Source: Veleropilina oligotropha
Taxonomy: Eukaryota
DNA: 42,754 nucleotides
Direction of reading: 5' to 3'
NCBI GenBank assembly: GCA_048128005.1
Contig: JBEUKZ010000094.1
Coordinates: 62,001-104,754 of the forward strand
The position numbers and the translations under genes are program-made. Positions 11,245 to 24,600 of the stretch are shown here, in pieces. How positions within the stretch are numbered: the first letter of the stretch is position 1; every line of letters begins with the position of its first letter. Below the pieces are notes generated by a model. It saw only the letters and a list, made by a program, of their open reading frames with translations. It did no database searches and was not told the origin of the DNA.

Positions 11245-13576
11245 CGCATGTGCCACCGTGTAAGATAATCTGCGTTAGGCCTACGATGCTGTCTTGTTAG
11301 CGTAGACTTTTGAACATCGTAAATGGTCGCAGTTTGTGAGAGGTTGCATCGTGCGATTATCTACGATACGAGACCCTAAAGATGGCCGCACATATGTCCG
11401 CAAAGTCTTGGTCAGACCGAGCTACGACCTCGTGCGATTCTAGATATCTATGATTGTCACCGACTTGGCTACGATATTACAATCTTAGGTTTGTGGTCAC
11501 GCGTATATATATACTTGGTACGATGGGTTAGCGACGCACCTCCCAGTCAGCACACGATATCGTTGTTTTGGCTGGGCTGGGACAATCGTACGACTTCACT
11601 ACGATCGATTGTCTGTCGAAAAGCTGATATCATCATAGGATCACGTGGTAAAGTCGTGTAACATCGTACGATGTGGGGTGGTCGCGCGACGCATACTGTG
11701 CGTTTGTTATTCACATTTTAGTAGTTCAGTTTTCGAGAGAGTTTTCAAGGTAGGAGATAAATTTTCCCTGGTCAGTTCGTCAGAATAAATTGAGATAGAT
11801 AAAAATTTCTCAAGATGAACGCGCAATATCACGGGAAGGTCGTACGACGTCTTGAATTAATATTTTCATGTGAGAAAAGGAGATGAAATGTCGTAGCCTA
11901 CTAGGATTAGCCGTGACGTCACACGATGATCATACGGTACGTCCCTATACATTCCCGGAAATATATGCCATGTTTTTTAACATGACTAACCCCCCCCCCC
12001 CCCCCCGAAGACGTCGTGCGAGAACACCCGATCGCTGCAACGTCGCACGACCCCCCCCCTACCCCTCCAATGGTCCGCGATCACCCGAAATGTACCCATC
12101 GCAGGTGGTCGTACGACGTCTTAAGACTTGCTTATGCCTATGTCACTAATACACCGGTCGCCGTGTGATGGGGATAATCGCACGGCGTCTCAACGGGGAA
12201 GAATCGTAGGCCTCTGACAAAAATCTGTGCCATGGTCACATTAGATACGTTGCCCGTACGGCTAACACAATTTTCTGGCGGTCAAATTGTGCGGACATCG
12301 TAATTAAGGTGACATTACGACGTCCGCATTTTGTCCCGACATCGTTCGGATGCCTTACGGGCTTCCTACCATCTCTTGCGGAGTAAAGCCGGTCGCACAC
12401 GTTGCGGCTTTCCTTACGATATAGTACCTATGTCCCGCTCTGTATAAAATTGTCTGGTGTTCAGCAGTTGGCGCAGGGCGTGAGGGGTATTATATACACG
12501 ACAGGACACGATTTTCTCTAGTCATATGGAAGCGTACGATATCGTAGAGTTTTGAACATGTTTAAAAAAATGTGGTCGTACGCACAAAATCGTGCGCGTT
12601 TTGCTGGCTCGACCAGGGAAAATTTGAATATTGTATTTGTAGCCTAATTGAAAAACAACTGAATTCTAAACAACACAACGTCAGTAAATTGAGCGAATTT
12701 TAATGCACATGAAAATTTTAAAATTGTCTTTATATACAGTACACGATTATATTTGAAGGTTCCACGGGAAGAACCAGCGAAATATGACATTGCTGTTTTT
12801 TTCTCGTAGACCCTTCATTTGCAAACGCTAAACTTAATTGTTGATGGTAATATGAACCGAAAGAGAAAATAGTTGACAGTGCATTTGCACATGCGCTGGT
12901 TTGTGTGGAGTGTACGGTATCGTAGGATTTTCATAGACAAACGCAGCGTGTGAGAGGTCATTGACGTGACCACTCTGCTCGCATAGTCATAGTCTAGTCA
13001 TAGTCTATTGACTGGGGTGGTCTTTTCGTATCTCTTTGCCTGGAGAGTGTGACGTGACGTATCGTAGCGCAGCTTGTCATAAGCAAAAATCGCAACGTGT
13101 GCGAGGTATCCTCGCAATATGCCTGCGATGATTTCCTGATTTTCAAAATCTAAAAATGATAACTCTGCGTTAAAAGTTGCCGATGACCCTACGATGCCCT
13201 AAAATGGGCGAAAAGGTCACCGATGTCCGTACGACATCTTCAAAAACACATCGTACGGGCGCCGTATCCGCTTACGATATGTATTTGTGACATCGGCATT
13301 TAGTTACGTCACACTGGCCGTAAAAATACCGCAGGCCCGTCGGACGCAAATTAGTATTGGTCAGGCTCAGAGCTTCCAACCTATATGAATGAAAAAGAGT
13401 GAGATTGCGAATGACCGAAAGCCGTCAGCATTGAAAGCCCAAAGGCCCCGATTAACTACCCCCTGTATAGAAGGTCTTAGATGCGTTTCCTGCAATCTGG
13501 GTTATATATTGAGTATTTATTGACCATTATATTTGCCCCAAAATTTGAGAGTTTTGGGAAACAAATATATTATATA

Positions 13577-14015
13577 CTAGCTTGCATACCCGGCTCTGCC
13601 CGTGTAAAAAAAGGCTTCCCCCAACAGCTTAGTCACCCTGTCTGCCTTACCCCCCCCCCCCCCCTCGTTTATCTTCCTAATTGTATAATAGAAGACTCTG
13701 CCAGTATGAAGCTCGAATAAATATCAGCAGCCTCCAGAATGTTTTAATAATTAAGGATAAGCATTACTAATACTTATCTTGCGGGCACGTAGCGTTTCAC
13801 TATTTATAATTTCATGTGTCACGCTCTTCGCTATCGTATTTCCGAGGTAAGGCTTCCCCCAACAGCTCCCTGTCTGCCTTACTAACGACAATAACGACGC
13901 CGGAAGTGGCTATATCTAAATAACTTGCAGTGGATTGTATATATGAAGACGTTCACCACCACCGATAGGACACGGGACAAACCAACAACGAACAGTCTTA
14001 CTTTATATATATAGA
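13577..14015 (-). mobile_element. Non-autonomous Helitron, copy 2
   Basis: Duplicate of 7195-7633. Confidence 0.7.
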
Positions 14016-15250
14016 TTATAAATTATATTCAGTAATAACATTATTATAAAAACATAACTTCATGAAATATTTATTTCTGAGTTTCCTATTATCAACAATG
14101 GAATCATAAATCTTATCCATTAAGGTATCATTAATTAAATAATGGCAATGTTCAACCTTGAGTTGCATTAGTTACTCCAACAACGTTAGAGTCTGCTATA
14201 GTTCCTAATATCATAGGGTTGGGAAGGCACGTCAACTCGGTCTCAGATGTTATAGGAGTATTGCATTAGTATGCTATGAATTAAATCATAATTTCAATCA
14301 CTTCAGAAACAAAATTTTGATAAAAAACGATGTGAAACCCCATCTCTTATTAATACAATGTAGTGCAAACGCGATATGTCTTACCCACAATGTATGAATC
14401 ACTTTCATTGAAATATATCAGGCAATCTTTCATTTTTCATAATCAAACACATGCATTTCTGATTTTCAAAGAGGGTTCGTATCACCCGGGCCACACAGGC
14501 AAATTTGCCTACTATTATTAATTTCGCGAAAACTCCTGCATTCTGGTAGTGCAGTCGCGATATTTCATATCAGCATTTCTGAACCATTTTCCCTGAAATG
14601 CGTGGGTAAATTGTCGTTTTTTTACATCAAATACATGCAAGTCTGATTTCTAAAAGGGGATCCCCAGAAAATTTTGACAATTAATGATTTGAAACCCCCG
14701 CTCTTGCATAGAGACAGTTCCAAAACGCTATTTCTAATCAACATTTATGAACCATTGTCACTAAAAAAATGTATCAGTACAAATTCCTTTTTTTGACATG
14801 TATTTCTGATTTCCACTTAGTCGTAGAAAATTTTGACAATTAACGGTGTGAAACCCTCTCGTCTGCATTCTAACAGTGCAATCGCGATATTTCTTATCAA
14901 CTATTAAGATTCATTTTCACTAAGTGTATAGGTAAATTTTTTTGTTCACAATCAAACATGCATTCTTGATTTTCAAGAGGGGGAGGCGGACCCCCCTCTG
15001 GATCCGCTAGTGGAATATATATATATGATGTGTAAAGAACATTGTCAACTTAATTATAACCTGCATAATTATGCATTAGGTTTCTTCAGATTATGCAACC
15101 AGATTAATAAAATATGCATTAATATGCACCCAAATTAATGATATTATAATATCCCGTTCCTAGGCCTATATAGCGCATTTACACTAAACTGTCTCAATGG
15201 CCGAGTACCGATCGGAACCATGCACCATTGTCTAATTTAGATGTGCACAA

Positions 15251-16340
<1,090 letters not shown>

Positions 16341-17267
16341 AATAACAGTGAACAATAGCGTCTTTTCCAAATATTTTAAACTTATTGTCACAAACTAAAT
16401 GTCCCAGGTATATTCCTGGCAGGCATGTTGAGGTATTAGTTAAAAATAGCTGCCGGCAGAATTGGCATGAGAAAAATTAAATATATTGTCAGCTACAACA
16501 CCATAAGCGGAATATTATATAGTGGACAGAGCATAGTCGCCGGATATATGTTTTTTTAGTCCTGCAGTATCCCAGATAACGTTGCAGTTGGGTTCCACCA
16601 ATTTTTTTTTGCATTTCTTATATCTTTGAAGGGTGCTGAACAAGATTCCAAGTGATGCCACCCTGGCACCTTTGGGCAATTTGCGTAATATGCAAATTAA
16701 GGCCGTCATTACCGAAACTATCCTTTTTTGCGATATCTTGATGAATATATGGGATAGAATCAAATAAATGGTGTCTATACCCATGTTTTCAGGGTCTACG
16801 AATCAAATGAGACCAATGTCCGAACATTCGTACAATTCGCATGTTCAGAAATATGCTAATTATGTGCCGCCATTACCGAAATTCAGTTTTTCAGCGATAT
16901 CTTGATGAATATATGGGATAGGATCAAATAAATGGTGTCTATACCCATGTTTTCAGGGTCTACGAATGAAATGAGATCAATGTCAGAACATTCATACAAT
17001 GCGCTTGTACAGAAATATGCTAATGAAGACCATTGCTCACTTTAGTAATAGTTGTCATTAGTGTTGAAATGCATTGAATTGAAACTGGCAACCCGGCCCC
17101 ATAAGTTATATGAACAATGGGCTTACATTCTATTGGAATGAGTTTAGTTGTGCTGCCACTTTTTGTAGCAATCTCTCCCCCCCCCCCCCCCATTAAATGC
17201 CACCATTACTGAATTTATATTTTCTTTGACATCTCTAGAACTACTAGTGATAACAGATATCAGGGCC

Positions 17268-17386
17268 GACCACACATAAAGTCTGATAGCACTAGCAGCG
17301 ACGTAACAGCTTTTGGGTCTATTGTTCTGCTATTGTCTTCAGCGCTGTTACAGCGTTACTAGTGCTATCAGACTTTATGTGCGGTC
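17268..17386. repeat. Short palindromic MITE-like hairpin
   Basis: GACCACACATAAAGTCTGATAGCACTAG...CTAGTGCTATCAGACTTTATGTGCGGTC; arms about 43 bp. Confidence 0.75.
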
Positions 17387-17703
17387 AAACCAGATTGAAA
17401 AACGTGGCTATACATGTGTTCGCATAGTCCATAAATCCAATAATGCTGGTTAGGAAATGATTCTATAACTTTAAATAGTACTCTTCAGACACTAAGCCAT
17501 AACTTAATATTGATATCCTTTTAAATTCTCGATTTAGTCATATTTTTAAGTAGAAAAACATTCTGACAATCACTTTCTCCATGACAAGCACAGAAGAGAG
17601 TGCATGGCAAATGACCTGCACAGCATCCGCACTGTGCAGTATGACATGGGCTGCCTGATTTGCAACCACACCTTATCAGCTCCAAGATTTCTGGAGGAGC
17701 AAG

Positions 17704-18078
17704 TAGACCCCGCGGAATTATGCGATTATGCGATTTGCATAATTTTCGCATAATTTAGAAAGGACCGCGTAATCGCAATATTTCGACTTTTGTGTGCATA
17801 ATTTATCATTTTTCCACCATAACATGACAGAATCCTATAAATTTCCAAATAAATGATAATTCCAAGCATATTTATTTAGTGAAACACTTTTGTTTGACCT
17901 CGTAAATAACACATATTTGCATTATATTGCATAATTTAATTAATTTGGTGCAAATTATTGCATATTTTCATTAATTTGGGTACATATAATTGCATAATAT
18001 CATTAATCTTGGTGCATAATATGCTGTTTCATTTTCGCATAATTTGACGAAAATTAGCGCATAATTCTGCAGGGTCTA
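17704..18078. mobile_element. MITE inserted in the Academ coding region
   Basis: TIR TAGACCCCGCGGAATTATGCG / CGCATAATTCTGCAGGGTCTA with a 6-bp TSD AGCAAG. Removing it restores DVDLAPPEIL. Confidence 0.85.
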
Positions 18079-18456
18079 AGCAAGGTCAACATCAGGAGGC
18101 AGTGTAACTGGCATGAGAGTCGTGGCTTCATCCCGTGTCCATCCATACTCGGTGGTGTCAAAGGTTGGAGGCTCCGAGTGAAGTGCAGCCTTCCAAATGG
18201 CTGTCTGAACATGAGCTCGGTGAACATTTTCGTCAAATTCTTGTCTTGTTGTTGGTAGGGTCTTTAAGCCAGGAGCCGAAGTCAAGTTTTTTTTCCCATT
18301 TTTCGTGACCATACTTCAACTCTGACTTTGGACATGTCGCCAATGTCACTTGTGCATCCATAGCACATGGCTATGAACTTGGCCGCTTCGGTGATCACTT
18401 CTGGCATTGCAGCATCAATGTCACTAATCTTTTGGAGAGAATGTCCGGCCTGAAGA

Positions 18457-18779
18457 GTCGTGGCTCAGTGGGTTGTTCACAGGACTCTTGTCACAGAGTC
18501 TCGCGTTCGCCCCCAGAGCTCGGCGATTTCACTTGGGCAAGGAAATAAGCATATATTTGCCTCGGTCCACCCAGCCGATCTGAATGGGTATCTGGTTGGC
18601 AGTTATGTAAGTCACGGCGCTACTCGCGTGTAAATGACTGTAATACCCCCAGAGGGAGTTGAGGTGGCATATCGAGTGGAAGAGGCCAATAACCAGGGGT
18701 AATAATGTTCAGCGCTTTGAGACACTAGCGTAATAAAGCGCTATATAAGACCGGAGTATTATTATTATTATTATTATTG
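18457..18779 (+). mobile_element. tRNA-derived SINE with an L2-type 3' tail
   Basis: A-box TGGCTCAGTGG, degenerate B-box GTTCGCCCC, central TTGGGCAAG...GGTCCACCCAGC...AATGGGTA domain, and 3' AGCGCTTTGAG...AAAGCGCTATATAA followed by (TAT)n. Confidence 0.8.
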
Positions 18780-20213
18780 ATGTCAGTTGCTTTGCCAACA
18801 CCAAACAGCTGTGCAAATATCACATCCAGAAAGGCAGTGCATTGCCAGAAGCTGTGTGGCAATACGTATTAGCATGCTTCTTTGCTGATGCTGCTACAAC
18901 GATCAGGGCTCTGTCAGAACTAGTGGCTTCCATTGTTAGATGACAGTTTAGACCAAGTTTGTGATAAAAGTGCAGGAGCAGCACTAAGACATCTGTGTCA
19001 TCGCATATGACCTTTATACTGGTGGCACCACCTTCTGCCAGCCCCGCCATTTGTTGCACCATTATCACATCTGCCTCCTCATGGAAGGTCCGGAGGTCCT
19101 CCCTCCTTATTAGGACACCACTGCTGACTTCCACAGGTGTTGGATCCCGACTGGTAATGACTAGCTTGTTGTTCATCTGTTGTCCTCTGATTACCAGTTC
19201 TTCACATACCAGATCGATGAGTTTGACTTTGTTATCAGCAACTGCCATGACAACCTTTTGTGGTGGCAGAGGACTCTGTAAGTTCTGGCGATGCCGTCGA
19301 ATTGCATGTTGACCAGGTCGTGTTGATCTTGTTGCACTCTTGATGCTGAAATCATAGTAGCGGTCAAACACAACATATGCATGTCTTTGTTGTTCTGCGG
19401 ATGATGAAGGTGCACACATTGTCAATGTAGTCTTGGAGAGTTCCCTTGCAAGGCCAGTGCACACACCACAAAATGGCACATCCATCAATAATAACAGCTT
19501 GTGCATCCTGAGATAGGCGTGAGGAAATCTGCACTTGAAGTTTCTTCTTCAAAGTTGACTTTGAAGTAGCGATGCGCATTTCTCCAGTCTCTTTAAACAT
19601 AGAAGTTGGTACAGGGGCCAGTTCATATTTAAGAACGTTTGTCAGTTCTATGTCTCGTGAATGCTGAAGTCCTAGCACCCTTGAATAGATCAAGTTCACA
19701 TCGTAGACGCATTACCCTCCGACTTTCACAGACTTCTTTGTTACCAACATTGTCACAACGTTCTTAGGCAAGGGGGAATTGAACCCTGATGGTAAGGAGT
19801 TCTCGAAAGACACCATCTGTGCCTTGCCTAAGTCAACTGCTTGATCAACATTCACGGAGTCGGGGGCTATCCTTCCTGTGACAATGTTGATGATGCCTTC
19901 GGGCAGATCATCTTTGTCAATTGGGCAAACACAACACAACAGTTTCTCTTGAATGTTCTCCCGGTCCTGACTGTCAGCTCGTATTCGTGATGGTTTCTGT
20001 TCCTTGTGAGTGGTTACCTCCACTTCTTTGTATCCTCTGGTTATGTCAGCAACATCTTTGATGATCTTTGTGCAGGTGTGCATACTTGGTGCCCATCGTT
20101 TCAGTGCTGATGGCTTGAGAGTAATTCCTATGATGCCTTTAACCCCATGGCCGTACCTCATAAAAGTACTTTTGATAAACATGTCTGACCAAATTACATT
20201 CAACAATCCAGGC

Positions 20214-20545
20214 AGCAGCAGGGGGGGTCAGTAGACTTTTTAGAATGGGAAAATAAGGCTCCCAGCACCATTTCAGAACTCAGGGTAGCTCGGACTAGTC
20301 AGCAGGGGAGTTTAGACTAGGGCCCCGGGGCGACCGTGGAGGCTCCCAGCACCCGTTCCGACCCAACTTAAACTATATAGAGCCCTCAGGGACGGCCCAC
20401 TACCCTCGCCGGCCCGGGCTCCTGTGTGTTAGTGTATTACAAAAGTCCCCGTGTGTACAGCGCAGTCCGAACCTAGGGTAGCTTAGAATAGTCAGCCGGG
20501 GGTTGAATGGACTTTTTTAGAATGGGCAATAAGGCTCCCAGCACC
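20214..20545 (+). repeat. Left terminal repeat region
   Basis: 56-bp TIR plus internal modules: GGCTCCCAGCACC three times, GGGTAGCT..A.TAGTCAGC twice, and a second GACTTTTTAGAATGGG copy at about 20510. Confidence 0.9.
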
Positions 20546-21353
20546 AGTGAGTTCTATTAGCTATACCCACAGCAGGGCACTAACTGTGTGTGGCGCGGCG
20601 GCGTGTATCAATGGATATTTGCGTTAGTCGCTGTCAATGTTATTGATTAATTTTGCGTCTGGGTCTGCCCGGGCTCATCTTTTTTCCTATTAGAGCAATG
20701 GCTATCCTGGTGTATACCCGACATATATCAAGATGGGTGCGTATCTCCCTTAGAGTACCTGCTAAATCGTAATACCACATTTATGATCACTACTGCTAGC
20801 AACAAGAAGAACCGTGAATTCAGGACACTGCCCGTCTTCATGTCCTTCCATCAAGTGTTGCCTTATTGTGAAGCCCCCTTGAATTTCAGCCGTAGCCTGG
20901 GGTGCAATCAGTTGCCTTTTAATCCTGATCAGAAGCACCTTGTATTTCAGCCGTAGCCTGGTTCAATCTGTCAGAGGCGACCATAATAATTAACAACCTT
21001 TCAAGTTAGGCTGTATTGCTGGCTGTATACGATTTAGCAGGTACTCAATGAAGTCGCCATGTGCTGGGCAGGTATATACTAGGATCTCATTCCTCTAATA
21101 GGAAATCTGGGTCAGCAGCGCTAATAATAGACGCGTGTGGCGATAAGAGCAGCAGCATGAATGAGGCCACAGTAGACGGCTGAACGGGCTATTAATATAT
21201 GCTAGGAAAGCCGGAAATGTGTTTGAGGACAGGGAATCCCCGAGCAGCTGTTATGTAAGTATGTAGTTCCCGCTGGTAGCGTGCAGTTGCATGGCGATAA
21301 GTGTCCTATTAGATATACCCACATCACAGGATATACCCACTGCAAAGGATACG

Positions 21354-21629
21354 ATGAAGGGCACAGACACCTGTCACTGGCTTACTATAAGCTCCACAGA
21401 ACTATGTGGTAAGAGTTGTTTGAGAGATTATTGCAAAGTCCACCTGGCTCGGCTACGGCGAAATGGCTGGGTCACAAAGCCCTGCATCAAATGCGGCAAA
21501 GGCGTCTTCAACCGGTTTACGTTGTGTAAGGGCTGTGGGTATAAGAGTGAGAACTCTATGGACTGGCAACGAAAGAAAAGTGCCTTCCGGAGAGAGTTTC
21601 TCCGCTTGGCTGCAATTTACCACACGTAA
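21354..21629 (+). CDS. Small Cys/His-rich putative zinc-finger protein
   Basis: C..CGKSC..YCKVH and CIKCGKG...CKGC motifs, basic. The ORF is open from 21291; ATG 21354 lies downstream of the repeated CCTATTAG motif. Confidence 0.6.
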   Translation: MKGTDTCHWLTISSTELCGKSCLRDYCKVHLARLRRNGWVTKPCIKCGKGVFNRFTLCKGCGYKSENSMDWQRKKSAFRREFLRLAAIYHT

Positions 21630-21677
21630 ATTTCCTATTAGAGAAGTAAAGATCTTAGTGTATGCCCGCCCGGCAAC

Positions 21678-24600
21678 ATGTCGACTATGGATGACTATAT
21701 AGACCAACTGCTCGCAGACATGCAGGCATCTGAAACTCTCCGGGACGTGGTTCAGAATATTCTAGACGAACCAATCCCGGAAGACGTGAAGGAGCGCTTG
21801 TTGAAGCCTCTGGTCCCATCCAAGGATCCCCAAACGGAGAGAAAGCGGAAAGCCATTGTTGAGGAATTTGACCCAATCCCCCTCTCCAAAAAGCCCCGGA
21901 CAGCCCAGGACTACCAGAATGATCTACTAGGGCTGTTTACCACAACAGAGGGGCAACGATTCATTGACCTGGATGACCAGGTCCCTCCCCCTGTAAGGCT
22001 CCCAGCAAAAGAGCCGTGGGTGGAACTCTTGAGCGACGCCAAAGACGAGTTTGAGGTCGATGGCGCCGCGGCGGCCTTCTCCACATGGAGGATAGAAGTG
22101 GCTGGACGGCTGGCCCTGGATGCCCGTATGACAGATGCAAGGGCGGCACAGCTCCTCACAGCCCTTCCCAAGGGTGAGTTTCTCCTGAGGATAAAGTTCT
22201 TGCGGGAGTGGGGTGAAGGCGACTGGGTGGTCGAAGACAAGTTTGACCCGGTGAAGGCTGCGAGGAAGAAGGGCCAGGGTGTCGTTGAGATCTCTCAGGA
22301 CACTAAGCCAGGTGCTATCACTGGGGTCGACAAAGCCTACTACGAGAACGCCTACCCGGTTACTGCAGTCGTCTACGGCCTCTACCCTCTCAGAGAACCA
22401 AACCCAGCCAACCTGGTTCCAATGAAGAACGGCGATCTCAACTGCGTTGCCCAGAGAGTGGTTGAGCACTTCGAAGGTGCCCTGAGAGGAAACGGACTCA
22501 CCCCGATAAGGCGGCAGAAAATACAGGAGTGGGAGGCGCGAGTTCATGTAACAGGCGCCACTGTGGATGATATATCCATCCTCGAGAAGATACTGAAACG
22601 GGCGATCATCGTGCGAGACATCGCAGGTGCCGACATCTACAACAGTGGTAAATACCGCGGTCAAGGAAACCATACATTCAGACAAGTAGAACTCATCTGT
22701 CACAACGGCCACGCCTGGTCCAAGGACCTACACTTCCCGCAGTCTCGCGAGGTCAACATCTACGAGGGCGATGTCTGGGAAGCTATCCGACAAGCCACAC
22801 GTAACGAGCCATTGGCTGTCTGGCTCCTTGGCGGTACAGACCGACAGCTCAACGTGAACCAGTTCGTGCTTCAGGACGGCCGCACTTACCGGACAAAAGA
22901 GGCTCACGAGAGACTCCAAGAAGCCTGTAAGGCTCTGGGGGATGAGTCTCTCGCCGATCGAGCCTTTGGTGAGAACCATGCAGCTAGCATTATGGCCAAA
23001 GAGAACAACGGCTGGAGACCTACCCCAGCGGGCCTGCTCGATGATATCCAGAAGGCCTGCGTAGAGCATGGCCATGGTGGCCTGTGGAATTCCATGAACT
23101 ACGATACGGGCGATGTCTGCTGCATCGACATGAAAGCCTGCTACCCTGCCAGCTTTCTGGGGAAGGGCGAGGCTAAGCCGTACTTCGAAAGATTCGGGCA
23201 CCCAACCCACAGCATGACCCGGGTCGCAATTAACGGTCCTCTACCCCGAGAAATCGGTACCGGGTTTGCCGAGGTCGTGGAATGGGAGTTCGCACAAGAC
23301 ATCCACCCCGTCATTCCCGCCTGGTTCGGAAAGCACTTTGCAGAGAATGGATGGGCCCCGACGCCTCTGCTCGCCTTCCTCACAGAATCTGGACTGCTAA
23401 AAAGCCTCAAGATCCGAGAAGCCATCATCGCGTTCAGAAAGCAAACCGATGTCTGGCTTCCTGAGAATCGTGACCAGGGATGCCGTATTATCGGCAAATT
23501 CACCCAAGGCGCCAAGGCTGACGGCAAAAGATTGACCCGTAGACTGGTGATTGACCAGGGAGAGCTTGACTTCCTCGTAAGAGACACCCGCCAAAGCGGT
23601 ACCCTGGTCGGCGCACCTCAGAGATGCCCTATGGGTCACATCCTCACGTACTATGATGGCTCCCAGCCTCAGTACGCCCACCTGAGGGCATCGATGCTGG
23701 CCTATGCCCACATAAGCCTCTTGAGCATGCTTCAGCGTTTCACCCCTGAGGAAGCTGTCCGAGTGGCCACTGACAGCATCTACCTCAAGAAGGCCTCGTT
23801 GGAGAAGCTCGACGATGTCACGGTGTACGTTGCCCCACAGCTCTGCGACTGTGGCGATAAATCGTGCATCTCCTGTCTGATCGGGGAGACGTACCTTCCG
23901 CCAGTAGCACCGGCCCAGTGGCGTGACAAGGGGGAACAGCTTTACCTGCCACAGGAACATGCCGCATACCTGCCCAAGCCAGAGTATTGTTGTGCCGCCA
24001 ATTCCAGCCAGCCAAGCACCGCGCCTTGCTACAATGACACGCTGACCCACCATCGCCTGAGTTACCTCAATGGTGGAGGGGGCTGTGGCAAGACTACGAG
24101 AGCGATCGAGCTCTTCCGGGCAAGGAATCCCATTGTATTCACGCCAACCCACCGCCTCGCTAAAGAGATGCGAACCAGAGGCGTCAAAGCCCAGACCTAC
24201 CACAGTTTCTTCCGATGGAGCGGCCAGACTGACTGGACACCCGACCGCATGGGTCAGAAGTTCATCCCCCGCGTCATTATCTGGGACGAGGTCTGTACTG
24301 TTCCCCGGCCTATCCTCGAGATGTTCTTGGACTGGCTGGGCCACCACGAAGTTCAGGTTATCTGCTGTGGCGATCAGGGCCAGCCACCACCGATTACGGG
24401 CGAGATGCCGCACGATTGGCTGCGACAGACCGCGGACTACTATGAGGAGATCGAAGTAGACTACAGGGCGAAAGACGACCCTGCCCTCCAAGCCCTGAAA
24501 AGACGTATACGTCTCCAGCCCGACAAAATCCAGTGCGGGGAAATGCGTAAGAGTCTCCCCAGCTGCCTTGGATGGGATCGGTTTGTCAACACCTGGAGGC

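Larger units (their letters stand above)
9576..14071 (+). repeat. Segmental/tandem duplication, copy 2
   Basis: Near-identical to 3195-7689. Confidence 0.95.
17521..20213 (-). pseudogene. Academ transposase, 3' half (XPG-like nuclease motifs and C-terminal Cys-rich domain); frameshifted and interrupted
   Basis: Fragments: IWSDMFIKSTFMRYGHG, YELAPVPTSMF, IIDGCAIL, VVFDRY, HEEADVIMV, DDTDVLVLLL, HRAHVQTAIWK, CGCKSGSPCHTAQCGC...CTLFCAC. Confidence 0.8.

Noticed and set aside
18457..18530. tRNA gene
   Set aside because: The A/B boxes are degenerate and are followed by a SINE body and tail, so this is a SINE head.
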